Part shown: positions 27,127 through 39,389 of the stretch, piece by piece
Layout: every line of letters begins with the position of its first letter
Position numbering within the stretch: position 1 is the first letter of the stretch
Assembly: GCF_006345805.1 (NCBI RefSeq)
Contig: NW_021836127.1
Coordinates: 124,001-188,000, forward strand
Direction: 5' to 3'
DNA length: 64,000 nt
DNA from: Octopus sinensis
Lineage: Eukaryota
Program-made: the position numbers and the translations under genes
The notes under the pieces: generated by a model
Database searches by the model: none
What the model was told of the DNA's origin: nothing
The model's input: only the letters and a program-made list of their open reading frames with translations

Positions 27127-27327
27127 GCTCGCTGATTAGCTGAACAGCATTGCCTTCCAACTCGCTGATTAGCTGATTTTCAGGGCTTTTACATCATCTC
27201 ATAAAGCAGATCGAAAATCGGCCATCTCTAGCCTTGTACTCGTCTCAACTCACACTCTCTCAGTTCGGTATGGACATTCTACAAGCAACATAGCATCAAA
27301 TTTGATAACAGCTTTAATTTTGATTCA

Positions 27328-27697
27328 CCCTCAGCCCTGTCGATGCGGTGGTACGGTGGACGTGAAAGGCCTTCACCCCCTCTCCTGCCGCCGACCGCAG
27401 GCCGCTTGCCTCGCCATTGAGCAATCAACGACGTAATCTCAAGAGCACTCAATGCTGCAGGCTTTCCCAATGTACTAAAACCCGCCGGATTGGACAGAGC
27501 GGATGGAAAACGCCCGGATAGGATGACTACCTTCCCATTCAAGAATGGCAATTGCCTCATCTGGGATTCCACGTTTGCAGATACGTGGTCCCCATCCGCT
27601 TTATTATCATCTGCATCTTCTTCCGGTTCGACCACTGCCTCCGCGGAAGCCCGCAATGTCAAAAAGTACAAGAATCTTGCCACTCGGCATTCCTTGG
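27328..27697 (+). mobile_element. CRE-type zinc finger/RLE fragment inside the pogo element
   Basis: PCRCGG, INDVISRAL, LDRADGKRPD, LIWDSTFADT. Confidence 0.85.
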
Positions 27698-28269
27698 GGC
27701 TTTTACATCATCTCATAAAGCAGATCGAACATCGAAAGCCGAGACTACCACTGGCCACCTCTAGCCTCGTACTCGTCTCAGCTCACACTCTCTCAGTTCA
27801 GTATGGAAATTCTACAAGCAACATGGCATTAAAACGGAAAAGTTATACCGATGCGTTCAAAAGAAAAGTCATTCAAGTGACAGAGGAATTGGGCAACAGA
27901 GAAGTTGAAAAAAATCGATATTAGTGAAGCTAACATCCGTGATTGGAGGAAGAAGAAAGACTCATTATTGAAAAGGAAAGCAACAGTAAAAGCATCAGGA
28001 CGTGGAAGAAAAAGGAAAATTTTAGGTGAACACTATAGTCGATTACTGGGTTTTTACAGATGTTTTGGCCCAAAATTATTTTCGTGTTATTTTTTGCGCG
28101 TGTTAAAATTGATAAATACGGTATTGGCTTATTAACATTAATTGTTAAGTGCTATACTCGGTGTTTTTTAAATGTATGAAAAACGCAACAGTCACCTAGC
28201 CACGTCCTCAGAATGTTTATCTAAGGAAGCAACTGTCAGCGGAGTTGCACTGTCTCTTGCATGACAGAA

Positions 28270-28450
28270 AGTTATTCTTTGCATTCAAGAGGTTCATGTG
28301 CAATCATTGCAAAAAAACAGGAAAACTGTCGACTATTTGGCCACCTAGTATGCTAAAATGTTAAATAGTAAGTACTTCCGAAGACACAATGAAGTTGTAA
28401 AGTGCATCCATCTACATTTGTACCGAGCCTATGATATTAAGAATGAAAAA
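28270..28450 (+). mobile_element. R4/Dong-like non-LTR zinc-knuckle fragment
   Basis: CNHCKKNRKTVDYLAT...YFRRHNEVVKCIHLHL. Confidence 0.65.
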
Positions 28451-28486
28451 AGATAAAGGCTCACTAAGTTCAGTCTATAATTTTTA

Positions 28487-28708
28487 ATCATCCCGCAAGT
28501 GTCGGAAAAGAAAATGATGTTTTAAGAAAAAAGGTAATATTTAGGTCAGATAATATTTAATCAATTTGGACATTAATTTTCACTTGCAGTAGATAGTACG
28601 AGACCATAAAAATTAAGAAGAAATTTTGAAACGATACATTCTAAATATGTCCAGCGTTTCTTGTCATTAACGTTGATCTGCCTCTCAATTTCACAGTTAA
28701 AATAGGCT
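28487..28708 (+). repeat. Dispersed repeat, copy of 6659-6885
   Basis: Shares CCATAAAAATTAAGAAGAAATTTTGAAACGATACATTCTAAATATGTCCA and colinear flanks. Confidence 0.85.
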
Positions 28709-29659
28709 TATCATCCGTCCCGGATAATGGTGCCTTGTCCCGGATTTATGTGTCCCGGAATGTCCCGGATGATCATATTTATTATTATTTAGTAATGTGG
28801 GATTGTGATCAACTATACAATTATAAAAATTAAACAACAATAAAAATAATTTAATATAACATGTTCCTTAAAAATTATTTGTAATTAGAATGGCGATGGC
28901 GACAAATGATCTACGCTAATATTTTTATGTAACAGCATAAAAACTAAAAACTTAAATAAATAGTTAATAATTTTACGAAAATTCTTCTAGTTGCGCTGTC
29001 AATTAGTGGTCACTTGTGTAAATGATTGTGCTAATGTTGTTATAACTGTCAAGGTTTTTTTGTAAAAATCTGTTAATTGCACCCTCTATTCAAAGTCGGA
29101 AATCTGTTAATTCCACACTTTTTCAAGATCAAATTTGATAACAGCTTTAATTTGATTCATAGTCGATAATGATATATTGGAATTTAATTTTAAAAAGGAA
29201 ATCTGGAAGGTTTTAATGGATCTCATCATGTGAGTTGACGACATGCTTGTCGTTCATTTTAACCAAAATCCGTAAAGTATTTTTTGGCGGGAAGGTTTGA
29301 ATGACCGCGTCATGTGTGTCGAGGACATTCTTGTTGTTCATTTTAACCAAAATTAAGAAAATATTTTCTTAAATTTTTTGGCGGGAATGATTTAAGGACC
29401 TCATTATTGAGGTTATTCTTGATATGTAGTTTTTTTGGTGAAAGATTTTTGGGAAAGCTCGTCATTTGGGGAAAAAGAATTTTGACAGTTATTAGAGACA
29501 AGGATTTTGATAATTTATCTGTACTTTGTAAATTTGAAATTGGTGCCGCACTGACAGATACACAGAAACACACCATACAATTTTATTATTAAGATATCTT
29601 GACTATAACATTTAGCCATGTTTTTAAGCTATCTAATACATACTATACTATTTCAGGTT

Positions 29660-30430
29660 TAAAGTGGAACTTACCAAATGTCAGCTTTGAATACTGATCA
29701 AATATTTTCATTTTGGTTGAGCATAGGGCTATATGGACCCAATCTTGAAATTTTATTTCCGATGAATTTCTTTTCTTTGACAATTTCTTCAATTCCTGAA
29801 TGACATGGACCATTGTCTACTACTAGCACTACTGGGAAATTGTAAGCTTTCCTGGCTTTTTTGGACAAATTCTCAACCATTCATGGGCAGATTCTTTATT
29901 AAAGGATCCACGTTTCAATTCATAATGTACCAATCCAAGAGACCCGATACAACCAATGGAATGTACATTGGCATCTTGTGAACCTGTTGCAACAACATTA
30001 GCCCTTGTTCCTTTTTTTGAATGACCTTTTTTACGGGATATGTGCATGTTGAGATTTGTTTCATCCATAAATAATATCGGAATTTCCTTCGATTGATATT
30101 CCAATAAAGAAATAATAATTTTGTTTTTTTTTCTTTATTTAATTGACTATTGCCTTTTTCTGTTTCATACCTGATATCTTTCAAAGAATAACAGGAAACG
30201 TTTAAGTGGAATCGAATGGTTTCTTTTGACACATTTAAGCTAAAATTCAAATTTAAAAGAATTCTCAAAGTCTCAAAAGTAATCCTCGGGTTAAGTACGA
30301 TCTGTTCGACACAATAATTTTTATGTTGATTAAGAAATTTTTTTCTTTCTTTGAATGTCGTTTAGTTACTTTTGCAATTGATCTTGGCGCTTTTTAACGG
30401 GAGAAAGTTTGATTTAATTCTTCTCATTTT
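29660..30430 (-). mobile_element. IS630-like Tc1/mariner transposase, frameshifted
   Basis: LFMDETN, VLVVDNGPCHS and RLGPYSPMLNQNE; 35 residues between the second D and the E by manual count. Confidence 0.8.
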
Positions 30431-31014
30431 TATGTACTGAAAATGATCTTATAATCATTTTGTTGGCTAATTAAATATGTCAAAACTATTTTTTTAATAA
30501 TTTTTTCCAAGTTTAATTCATTTATAGGAGTTTAAACTTAACACGTTCATCTGTACCAAAACGTTTTCAATTGGGTTAAATTAAATGATTTGGAAGATAT
30601 TCAAATGGGTTGACCTTGTTTGGGTTGACGTTGTTCCAATTATGACATTGCTATCGTTTTGTCAGAAAACATCTTCACTTCTCAGTTTATGAGTTAATCA
30701 ATATAATTAATTTGGTATTTTTATCCGAACTGGTAGTAATTTTTGAGCTTAATAATTATCTCTAAACATTTCTTTATGATGTGCTTTGTCTTTACACAAC
30801 TTTTTCTACAATGAAGGACTATGACTATTTTGAACAAAATGTGTCATTTCCAGACAATTAAAAAATATGTCCTATAATTTTGAAAATCAAGAGCTTATAA
30901 GCAGGAAAAAATAATATTTATAATCCAATAATTAAAAATCCGATTTCGACAATTTGTTAGGTTTAATTTTGTTTAAATAGGTATTATCTCTTCCAAATAT
31001 TTAGAAATAAAATA

Positions 31015-32400
31015 CAGTGCGACCTCGAATTGGGAAAATTTTCCCCAATTTTGAGGTTTTCCGTAAAAAAAGATTTTTCATTAAATTTAAATCCCTTATG
31101 TTCGATATCCTACCTTAATAATATAACAGAGACGGATAACTACAATTTTTATTTTTAATAAAAAAATCAGTTAATTTTAATCGAGTGTTTTGTTTTTTTC
31201 GCATCAAACTCGTAATATTTGCTTTGAATCTAAATATATCAAGTACATTTTCCGGAGTCTCTTGCTTAATAACATTTAGCAGCATTGTGAATGCGCATTC
31301 CGCATTGTTTATAACTTGTTGATCATCCAAATGTTCCAGAAATTGTTCGCTGCAGTCCTCTTCATCATACTGTTATCAAAAATCGCATTTTCCACAATAT
31401 CGGAATCTATCAGACTTTCTCCGATGTCCTCTTTTTCCTGACAGTCATATTCCAAAGCTTTTTCAAAGCAATGTTGTATTGAAGTGTCTGTAATCTTGTC
31501 CCATGCCAATTTCGAACATGAAATAGCATCCAGTATTGTGATTCCCTTTATTGCTTCATCTATTTGTGCTGCAGGATTTTTATCACAAATAATCGTTTTC
31601 ATAATCCAGTTATTGAAATGATTATTAAATGCCTTTATTATCCTTTGGTCACATGGCTGAATTAAGGAACTTTGGAAAAGATATTAGGCCGAAGTTTGAA
31701 AGTTTGAGAGAAACAGCATAACAAGTTGTATTGTCAATTAACAATGCTATTTTCATTCTTTTCTCCCTCATTTCCTCGTTAAATCAAGATAACCAATTTT
31801 CAAAAATATTTTTGTCATCCAGGCTTTGCACGAAGCATCATATTCAATGCCAATTTCTTTCAGATCCACACCTTTTAATACTCTTGGTGACGTCGTACGC
31901 TTAATTATAAGCGGTTTATATTTTTCTCCTGTGTAACTGCAACACAAAAGAAGTGTCATACGTTCTTTTCTTATTTTATGTCCGCTGTGTGACTCATTTT
32001 TTTCAACAAAACTCTTTTTGGAAACAGCTTTATAAAATAATGCAGTTTCATCACAATAGAAGCAGTAAAATCATGATTTGAATTTCTATACGCAATTTTA
32101 CGTGCAATAAGCTTTAAGGTTGGCCCATTAATTGGGAAACCTTTCGACCTGAGATTACGAAAAATCTCGTAAACTTGGGCATTCAATTCGTATCCAATTG
32201 TCCCTTCGGATGTTGAGAAACCTTGAGCTAGGATTCCTTCCCTTTTCTTTTTTAGTTGGTATAGCATTCCTTTAGAAATGTTAAATCCTTCACAAATCAT
32301 TTTATCCTTATGACCCGACTGTATATCCTTGCAAATTCTGATCTTTCACTTTGATTTTATTTTTCTAGGCATTGGCTTTCTAAAATTTATAAAATAATTT
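31015..32400 (-). mobile_element. Tigger-like pogo transposon, degenerate
   Basis: RSKGFPINGPTLKLIARKIA (CENP-B HTH) and TLLLCCSYTGEKYKPLII...KAWMT; a TA|CAGTGCGACCTCG terminus at 31015. Confidence 0.82.
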
Positions 32401-32704
32401 TAAAAATTGATAATTTCAATTTTTTACCAGGTTAATTAGTTAACTAACTAAGTTACCAGGTTAAATAAATTTTAAAATTATTGATTACAAATTTAGAAAA
32501 ACAGATTACAATAAATAAATAATATAAGTTCTAGTGTAATCTTTTTAGTTTTATTTTAATTATTTATTTAAAACGGGTGTGAGAAAAAGTTATCTCATCG
32601 AATATAAATTAAATATTATTAATTAGATTGCTCTTGGTTGAGGTGGTGATCTCCTTTTTTTGCACTAATGTCTTTCTCACGGTTGTTATCCGCTAGATCT
32701 ATTT

Positions 32705-32900
32705 TCAATTTTCATCCTAAACATTAGAGGACTCAATCCAATCTACAAAAAACTTCAACTCGCAAGAGATCTGGAGGGTATCCATCTGTTGCATGCAAGA
32801 GAGAAAAATAACAGAACATGGAAGCTCTAAGATTATAGATTACACGCTTATTCGTCACTACGGCCTGGAGTCTAATTCAACCGAAAATTGGAGAAGAGTG
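32705..32900 (+). mobile_element. LINE APE endonuclease N-terminal fragment
   Basis: FILNIRGLNPIYKKLQLARDL. Confidence 0.5.
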
Positions 32901-33420
32901 TGGTCCGTTTTCCGTTAGTGCAAAAATAATAATATTAATAAGACAAATACAGTTAATCTAACCGACTTTTGCATAAAACAAGAAACTCATCTATGCATGG
33001 TAAATAAATGGAGAAAGAATATAGAGAAATTGACGTTACAATCCAGCTAAGGCTATAGAAAGAAGTCCAGGTCTTGCCAATTTTAAATGATTCAGAAGAT
33101 ATATTTTTTAACTGCGTGCCTCTGTGCAATGTCTTATTTGTTGTCAGAATAGTTATACAAATGTATGTTTTATTACCGGCATGTGATTGTACGGATGTCA
33201 TGGTACAGTCAATTTATTACCTCTATTATTTGCCACTTTCCTTTTTACCGAAAAAATTGAAATTCTGTTTTTGCCTTATTTTTTATTTTGACTAATAGAC
33301 CCGTTGAAAACACAAATTAGCAAATTAATTAAAAAAACATGATAAGATAACATTTAAGTTTCAAAACTCCTTTTTTACTAACTTCATTTTTGCCAATATT
33401 TTGGTCGGTCCCGTTGGTGG

Positions 33421-34919
33421 AAGTCGGTTCAAAAAAAACGTGACCACTTGAAAAATATGTGTTTTTCTTAATTTTTGTATCTTATTTTTAAAAATTTTCA
33501 AAGAATACTAAATTTAAAATCGTTTAATCTACATGATTCATTATTTATTATTTCATGATCGGCTATATTCCCAAGCTAACCAAGTATTTTAAAAAAACCT
33601 TTGTTCAAAAAAAACGTGACCACTTATTTTTGTTACACTTTTTTTTACAATTACTTGATTTTTCTTTAATAAATTAATTTCAAAATAAAGCACGATGTCA
33701 TCTCAAAGTTTCCTGATCAAAAAATATTCAATAGCGGAACACTTAAGGCGAGGATGCTCACAAAGAACAATCGCCAAAGAATTCAATGTTTCAAAATCTT
33801 TTGTGCAGCAAGTCAGCGCGAAAATGAAAAACGGAATGCCTTTTGAACGTGCCGTTGGTTCTGGTCGTCCAGAAAAACTTACTCTGTCGATTAAAAACGC
33901 AATATTGACGAAATATGGTCAAAATCATTTTTCCACTTTACAAGAAATTGCAAATTACATTGAATCTGAGCACAATTTACGACTTTCTCGATCAACAATA
34001 AGGAATGCTTTATATTCTTTTGGACTAGAAAATCGAAAACCGTGTAAAAAACCGTTATTACGACCAGTAAACGTGTTAAAGAGAAAATTATTTGCTGAAA
34101 ATTATTTAGGGATCTCGTTTGAAGATCTAGGCAAAATTATTTTCTCCGATGAAACAAAATTTGAGTTATTTTCAACAAATAAAAGAAATAATGTTCGATA
34201 TTTTCGCGGTGAAAAATATCATTCGGCCAACATTTTACCTACAGTTAAATTTGGAGGAGGAAGTATTCTAGCTTGGGGCTGTATTTCGTCCAATGGAGTA
34301 GGCCGGCTCGTTTTTATTGACGGAATTATGACGGCTGCGCATTATGTGCAAATTTTAGCACAAAATTTAAACCAATCCGCCAGAGAAATGAGTTTAACTG
34401 ACTTTGAGTTTATGCACGACAACGACCCAAAGCATACAGCTCGAGTCACAAGGAAATTTCTTAAAGAAGAAAAAATCAAAACAATTAATTGGCCTGCACA
34501 AAGTCCAGATCTCAATCCAATCGAGCATGTGTGGGCCTATATAAAGTTCCAGTTACGCAATATGGGAAGGCTTGATAAGGAAACTTTAAAGCAAGAAGTT
34601 TTGAAAATCTGGAACAACCTCCCCCCGGAACTAATAAGAAAATATGTTTTAAGCTTCCACAAACGAGTTCTGGAAGTATATAAGGCGAAAGGGAAGCATA
34701 TTAATTACTAATCGAATTTTGGTCACGTTTTTTTGAACAATGTTTTTTTGGAATATGTAGTTACTTTGAAAATGTAGCCGACAGTGACAAAAATAAAAAT
34801 TGAAATGTGTAGATAGAAAGGTTTTAAATTTGGTATTCCTTGGAGATTTTACATAAGAATCTATAAAAATTGAAAAAAACACACATTTTCAAGTGGTCAC
34901 GTTTTTTTTGAACAGACTG
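33421..34919 (+). mobile_element. Tc1-family transposon with IR/DR-type long TIRs
   Basis: Outer and inner repeats GTTCAAAAAAAACGTGACCA at 33427 and 33603, with inverted copies at about 34718 and 34890. The right end is ...ACAGACTG|TA; the left terminus reads AAGTCGG with no TA. Confidence 0.92.
33695..34711 (+). CDS. Intact Tc1 transposase, DD34E, 338 aa
   Basis: HTH, GSGRP, FSDETKF, WGCIS, HDNDPKH and SPDLNPIEHVW; 34 residues between D and E by manual count. Confidence 0.95.
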   Translation: MSSQSFLIKKYSIAEHLRRGCSQRTIAKEFNVSKSFVQQVSAKMKNGMPFERAVGSGRPEKLTLSIKNAILTKYGQNHFSTLQEIANYIESEHNLRLSRSTIRNALYSFGLENRKPCKKPLLRPVNVLKRKLFAENYLGISFEDLGKIIFSDETKFELFSTNKRNNVRYFRGEKYHSANILPTVKFGGGSILAWGCISSNGVGRLVFIDGIMTAAHYVQILAQNLNQSAREMSLTDFEFMHDNDPKHTARVTRKFLKEEKIKTINWPAQSPDLNPIEHVWAYIKFQLRNMGRLDKETLKQEVLKIWNNLPPELIRKYVLSFHKRVLEVYKAKGKHINY

Positions 34920-35110
34920 TAAATAGAAGGTTGACTGTATTGGCCTCAGGACATCAAGAAGGTTTCAAGGTAACTTAGATCGATTATTTAAATTCATCCA
35001 AAGGATATAATTTGTTTAGAATTACCTGTATCTAGGCTATTAGTCTCAAAAAATTGATAGTAAATGAGAATAATTCAATTAATGATTTTATCAGTTTTCG
35101 ATGGTATATA

Positions 35111-35431
35111 CAGGGTTGGCATAAAGTCGCACACGCAAATATCAAAATTTCAAATATGCCAAAATTTTAGATTTGCTCGATCTTAATTCGCTGTCTTTTC
35201 TAATTCATTCTGATAGATTTTAATGAATCTCACTTATTCCGATGACTCATTCTATTCTATAGAGAAATAGAATGAGTCGTCCATCGAGGTCCGTAGGCGT
35301 GACAATCGGATCGAGCATATGAATCATTTAAATCTACTTAAATAAAAATAAGTTGCTGACCTAGTATATGGTTTTTATAAATATAAAAAATTGTGGGTTT
35401 TACTTTGGTGCGAGACTTTATGCCCACCCTG
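35111..35431. mobile_element. Tc1/mariner-type MITE
   Basis: TA|CAGGGTTGGCATAAAGTCGCACAC ... GTGCGAGACTTTATGCCCACCCTG|TA; an internal palindrome at about 35263-35300. Confidence 0.85.
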
Positions 35432-35819
35432 TATAATCGAAAGCAAAAAGGCTTAAAAGGACTCTAATCGGTACTTTGTAAGTGGGTTGAAAAATGTTTC
35501 CATTTGTGCTAAAAGGAGGCAGGAAGGGATACCGATATGGAATTCAGCAAGCCCTCATGAGGCCAAAAAATAAAATAGAAAACGGAGGTCAGATTAAATA
35601 ATGATTCGAGTGATTAATGATGTCAATATTCTAGTCAAACTCGTATTGAAGAATATTTTAGAAAATAAATTTTGAAAATCATTGAATAGGCTCAGTAAAA
35701 AAACTCAGCTGTTCGTTAAGAACGATATTTTGAATTTATATTATTTTAATAGTTTTTCCTTTTATGTGCGGATGCTTTTTTCTACAAAACGTAGATTTGA
35801 TACCAAATGCAAATCATTT

Positions 35820-36400
35820 CAAAAAAGTGACAACTTAAATATTTCTTTCAGAGTTGAATGGACACGTGCTGTTAGTGTGGCTACATCTGGTGCTTCATCA
35901 ATCATTGGGGAAAAAACTGGCGTTGCAACTCAATTCAGAGGATAGGTCAACCTACGAATGGAGGATGTGATTTTTTGATATTTCACTGTATTTTGCACCA
36001 GGAGGTACTCTGCACCAAGTCATTTAAAATAGACCATGTAATGGAGGCAGTCATTTGGACAATAAATTTTATCAGTGCCAGAGGTCTAAATCACCATCAA
36101 TTCGTATTTTCATCGCAAAAAGTGTAATTTCCACCACATCGAATGCTGATTTGAATCGTTACAAGGAGAAAATAGCAGGATTTCTTTGACAATTTGAGAC
36201 ACGTTTTGAAATTTTTCGTGAAATTGAAAAAGAATTTACTGTTTTTCAATCCCCATTCAATAAAAAAGCTTCAAAATATTATAAAAATCATAGTAGGACA
36301 CAAATTTCCTGTTAAATCTAAAAATTCAAAAGTTAATAGCCTGGACTGCGGAATCAAAAATTTGAAATTCTTGCCTCAGACTTAAGGAACAAAAACATAG
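35820..36400 (+). mobile_element. GTF2IRD2/SPIN-like hAT transposase remnant
   Basis: WTRAVSVATSGASSIIG and FHCILHQEVLC...INFISARGLNHHQF. Confidence 0.8.
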
Positions 36401-37804
36401 CAAAGAACTTTGAACTGATTTCTATGAAAAACATTTTATTTATAATTAAGAAAACACTAAACAATCTTATAAACAGCATAGCTAATTTTGTGCGGTATTT
36501 GGGCACTCACGTTGTTATGTGAGAATTATAGACATTTTACATTTTAAGACAATTTATATGATAATTAACTAAATCAGACATTGGTGCACAACTGTCCACA
36601 AATATGTTAAACGTTACAACAAAAAAATTCACATGGCTTAAATTTGACGACGAGCACACCCATCCATTAACATAATTTCATAAAAACGCAAAAATTAAAT
36701 TGAAAATTTCTGTCTCCTGTTCTCGTGAAAGAGAATAGGATCACCTCGAAAAGTTCCAACAAACATGACAGAACCAGATTCAATAAGAAAAAAAAGAGTT
36801 TGAAAACATCGCACTTTTGGTTTTTATTAAAGAAAAGAACCCACCAAAGGAAGAGACAGCAGTAAACATCAAAAAAATACGAGGAAGTTGGGGTTGGACA
36901 CAATATAATAAATTCGGGTAAAATAGATACATAATGGTTATCTCTCCCAAGAAATTTCTCGAAAGCTATGGAGGAAAGGTTTTTATAATTTATAAAATAT
37001 AAAGGTTCGGGTTTAGAAAAAATGAGCAAGAACGAACAGAACTGGTCACCTTTAAAACAAATATAGGGGGTGAGGGGTATGGGTATGGTTACAATTTATC
37101 AAATTTAGGTCGGTTATCAAAAAAATACATAAACTGTGGAAAAAACATGCTGGGAAGCCATATCAAAACACAAAACGAGGGTGGCATAGAAGATAAAAGA
37201 TAGATAAAAGTCGAAGGATATATACATAAAATATAAGCACAAAAGTTTTATTTTTTAATTCTAATCACTTTAAAAAAACAATTTCTGTCCAATTTTCAAT
37301 TAAATATGATAATTACGGTTATTAGACAAACATGCAGAAAACTATTTAAACAATAAATTCCATTACATTTTTGTTATGCAATATATTTATTAAATAAGGT
37401 GTATATAATTTTGGGCCAGAAATTTGATTTTATAATGGCAATAAACAATTTTTAATAATTCAAAATTCGAAAGAAATAAATTGTAAAATCCTTTTACAAT
37501 CCAGGAAATATCAATTATAATATTTAAATAAGACTTCCTGAACTATTATTTCTTTTAAATTTAGAGGTAGAAGAGATAAAAATAGTAAAAACAATTAAAA
37601 GTAAAGAAAAAAATTGCCAACCACGAAATAAAATAAACAAAATACGTGAAAATATTATAATTTTCCAGGGTAGCCAATAAATTATTAGTCACTAAAAACT
37701 AATTTAGTATAATAATAATCGCAAAAATAGTACAAGATAACATTCTTTATTACATTTTTTAACTTAATATTAAATATATTGTAAATCTATGAAACCTTTT
37801 AGAC

Positions 37805-38665
37805 CAGTGGTTTTCAAGAATTTTGAGCCAGGGGCCGCAAAAATCAAATTTTTTATTTATAGGGGCCGCATATTTTTTGTCAACTTAATGAAGATAAGAT
37901 ATTTGTTATTTCAGGTTGAACTGAAGAAAATACATATGATTTTTGTTTTACTGTGTACATGCAATTTAGAGTTGCTTCCTATCGCCGCACATTTGTTATA
38001 TCAATGAATGAAAGAATTTATAAACTACTTTGTCATATTTCAAAATCTGGTACGATATTAGATGTCGAAATCCGCAACATCTGATCTAGATGGATATCCG
38101 TTAGTTCATTGCGGTATTATTTCCTAATTTTAGTATCGTTACTTAGAGGTAACTTGTGTGCAATATCGAAAACAGCGGGCGAACAACATTCCGATGCAAA
38201 TATTTCGATTGCCGTTTTATATAATTCGCCATCAGAATAAGGCTTCATATTTTTAGCCAATGGGTAACTAATTTTGTATGATGCCAGGTTAATATTAGAC
38301 GAATATGTGCCACTTTTAAAAGTGAATGATCGCTTTAAATAATCTTCTTTCATTTATTTTAGTTTTTTCGTCCGAGAAACACCAGTGAATTTGTCATAAA
38401 GAATAGAGTGGGAAGGATAGTGCCGTTCGATTGTATACGTTTTTAAAGTTACAATAATAGAATTGCATATTAGGCAAAAAGCCTTTCCATTGACCTCAAT
38501 AATGAAATATTTTTCTTCCCAGATGAGTTTAAAGATAATAATTTTTCGAAAACGTGTAGAATTTGACATCACAACAACACATAAAAAAACGTGACAAAAA
38601 ATAAAATATTTATAGAAACATAAGCCCCTCAATTAAATCCTAGCGGCCGCACTTGAGAATCACTG
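37805..38665 (-). mobile_element. Non-autonomous hAT (Buster group) element
   Basis: TIRs CAGTGGTTTTCAAG / CTTGAGAATCACTG; perfect 8-bp TSD TTTTAGAC; BED-finger remnant WEEKYFIIEVNGKAFCLIC. Confidence 0.92.
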
Positions 38666-38959
38666 TTTTAGACTATTATCAAAAGTCAATAAAGTGCACA
38701 AAAAGAAATATTTTAACTAAAATGTGAAAGTTTTGTAAATGTAACCTAAGAAAAACTCATTTTATTTGTTTGGTTAGTTAGATGTGAACAATTTTACTTT
38801 CTTACCATTTAACAATTTATAAAGTAAAAAATTTCCTAGTTCATCTTCTATTGCTTCAGGGTTCAAATGGCTTCAAAAAATCGAAAAAATGAGAGTTCAA
38901 TAGGTTTGCCTTTTTACTCCGAGATTAGATCAAAATCGTAGAAAAAAATTGAGGGTCTA

Positions 38960-39170
38960 CGACTCAAAGAAGAAATTCAGAAAAGCGAATTTGTGTTATT
39001 AATTTGGATGTGTCAGGAGGAAGGAACAGGCAATCGTCAATCAGTGTATCAGACAGCAAAATGGGAATAAGTTATCTTATATGTGAATAAATGTGAGGAA
39101 TGCATTTGATTCAGTTGACCATGAATACTTCATCCAAACCCTGCAAAACTCTGGCCTCTGTGTTAGAGTG
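38960..39170 (+). mobile_element. R4-like reverse transcriptase fragment
   Basis: GC..RKEQAIVNQCI...INVRNAFDSVDHEYF. Confidence 0.65.
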
Positions 39171-39389
39171 TAATGTTTGCCCAGAAACATACTATCAATG
39201 TAGAAATTAACTGAATTTCATTAATTTCCACGATTTCACATAAACATGATGTCTTTAATCTACAATGGTTTTTATTTGTTGTTTTACGAGAATGATATTC
39301 TTACATTAGCGATTGATTTGTTCATAAAAAAATATTTTGTCTAAAAAAAATTTTAATCGGGTTGGGTTATCAATAATTTAAAGATAATA

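Larger units (their letters stand above)
26875..28121 (+). mobile_element. Non-autonomous pogo-like (Brinker-DBD type) element carrying captured fragments
   Basis: Imperfect TIRs CCGTATTTTCTCGATTATAACACGC / GCGTGTTAAAATTGATAAATACGG with TA on both flanks; transposase N-terminus MALKRKSYTDAFKRKVI...DISEANIRDWRKK. Confidence 0.8.
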
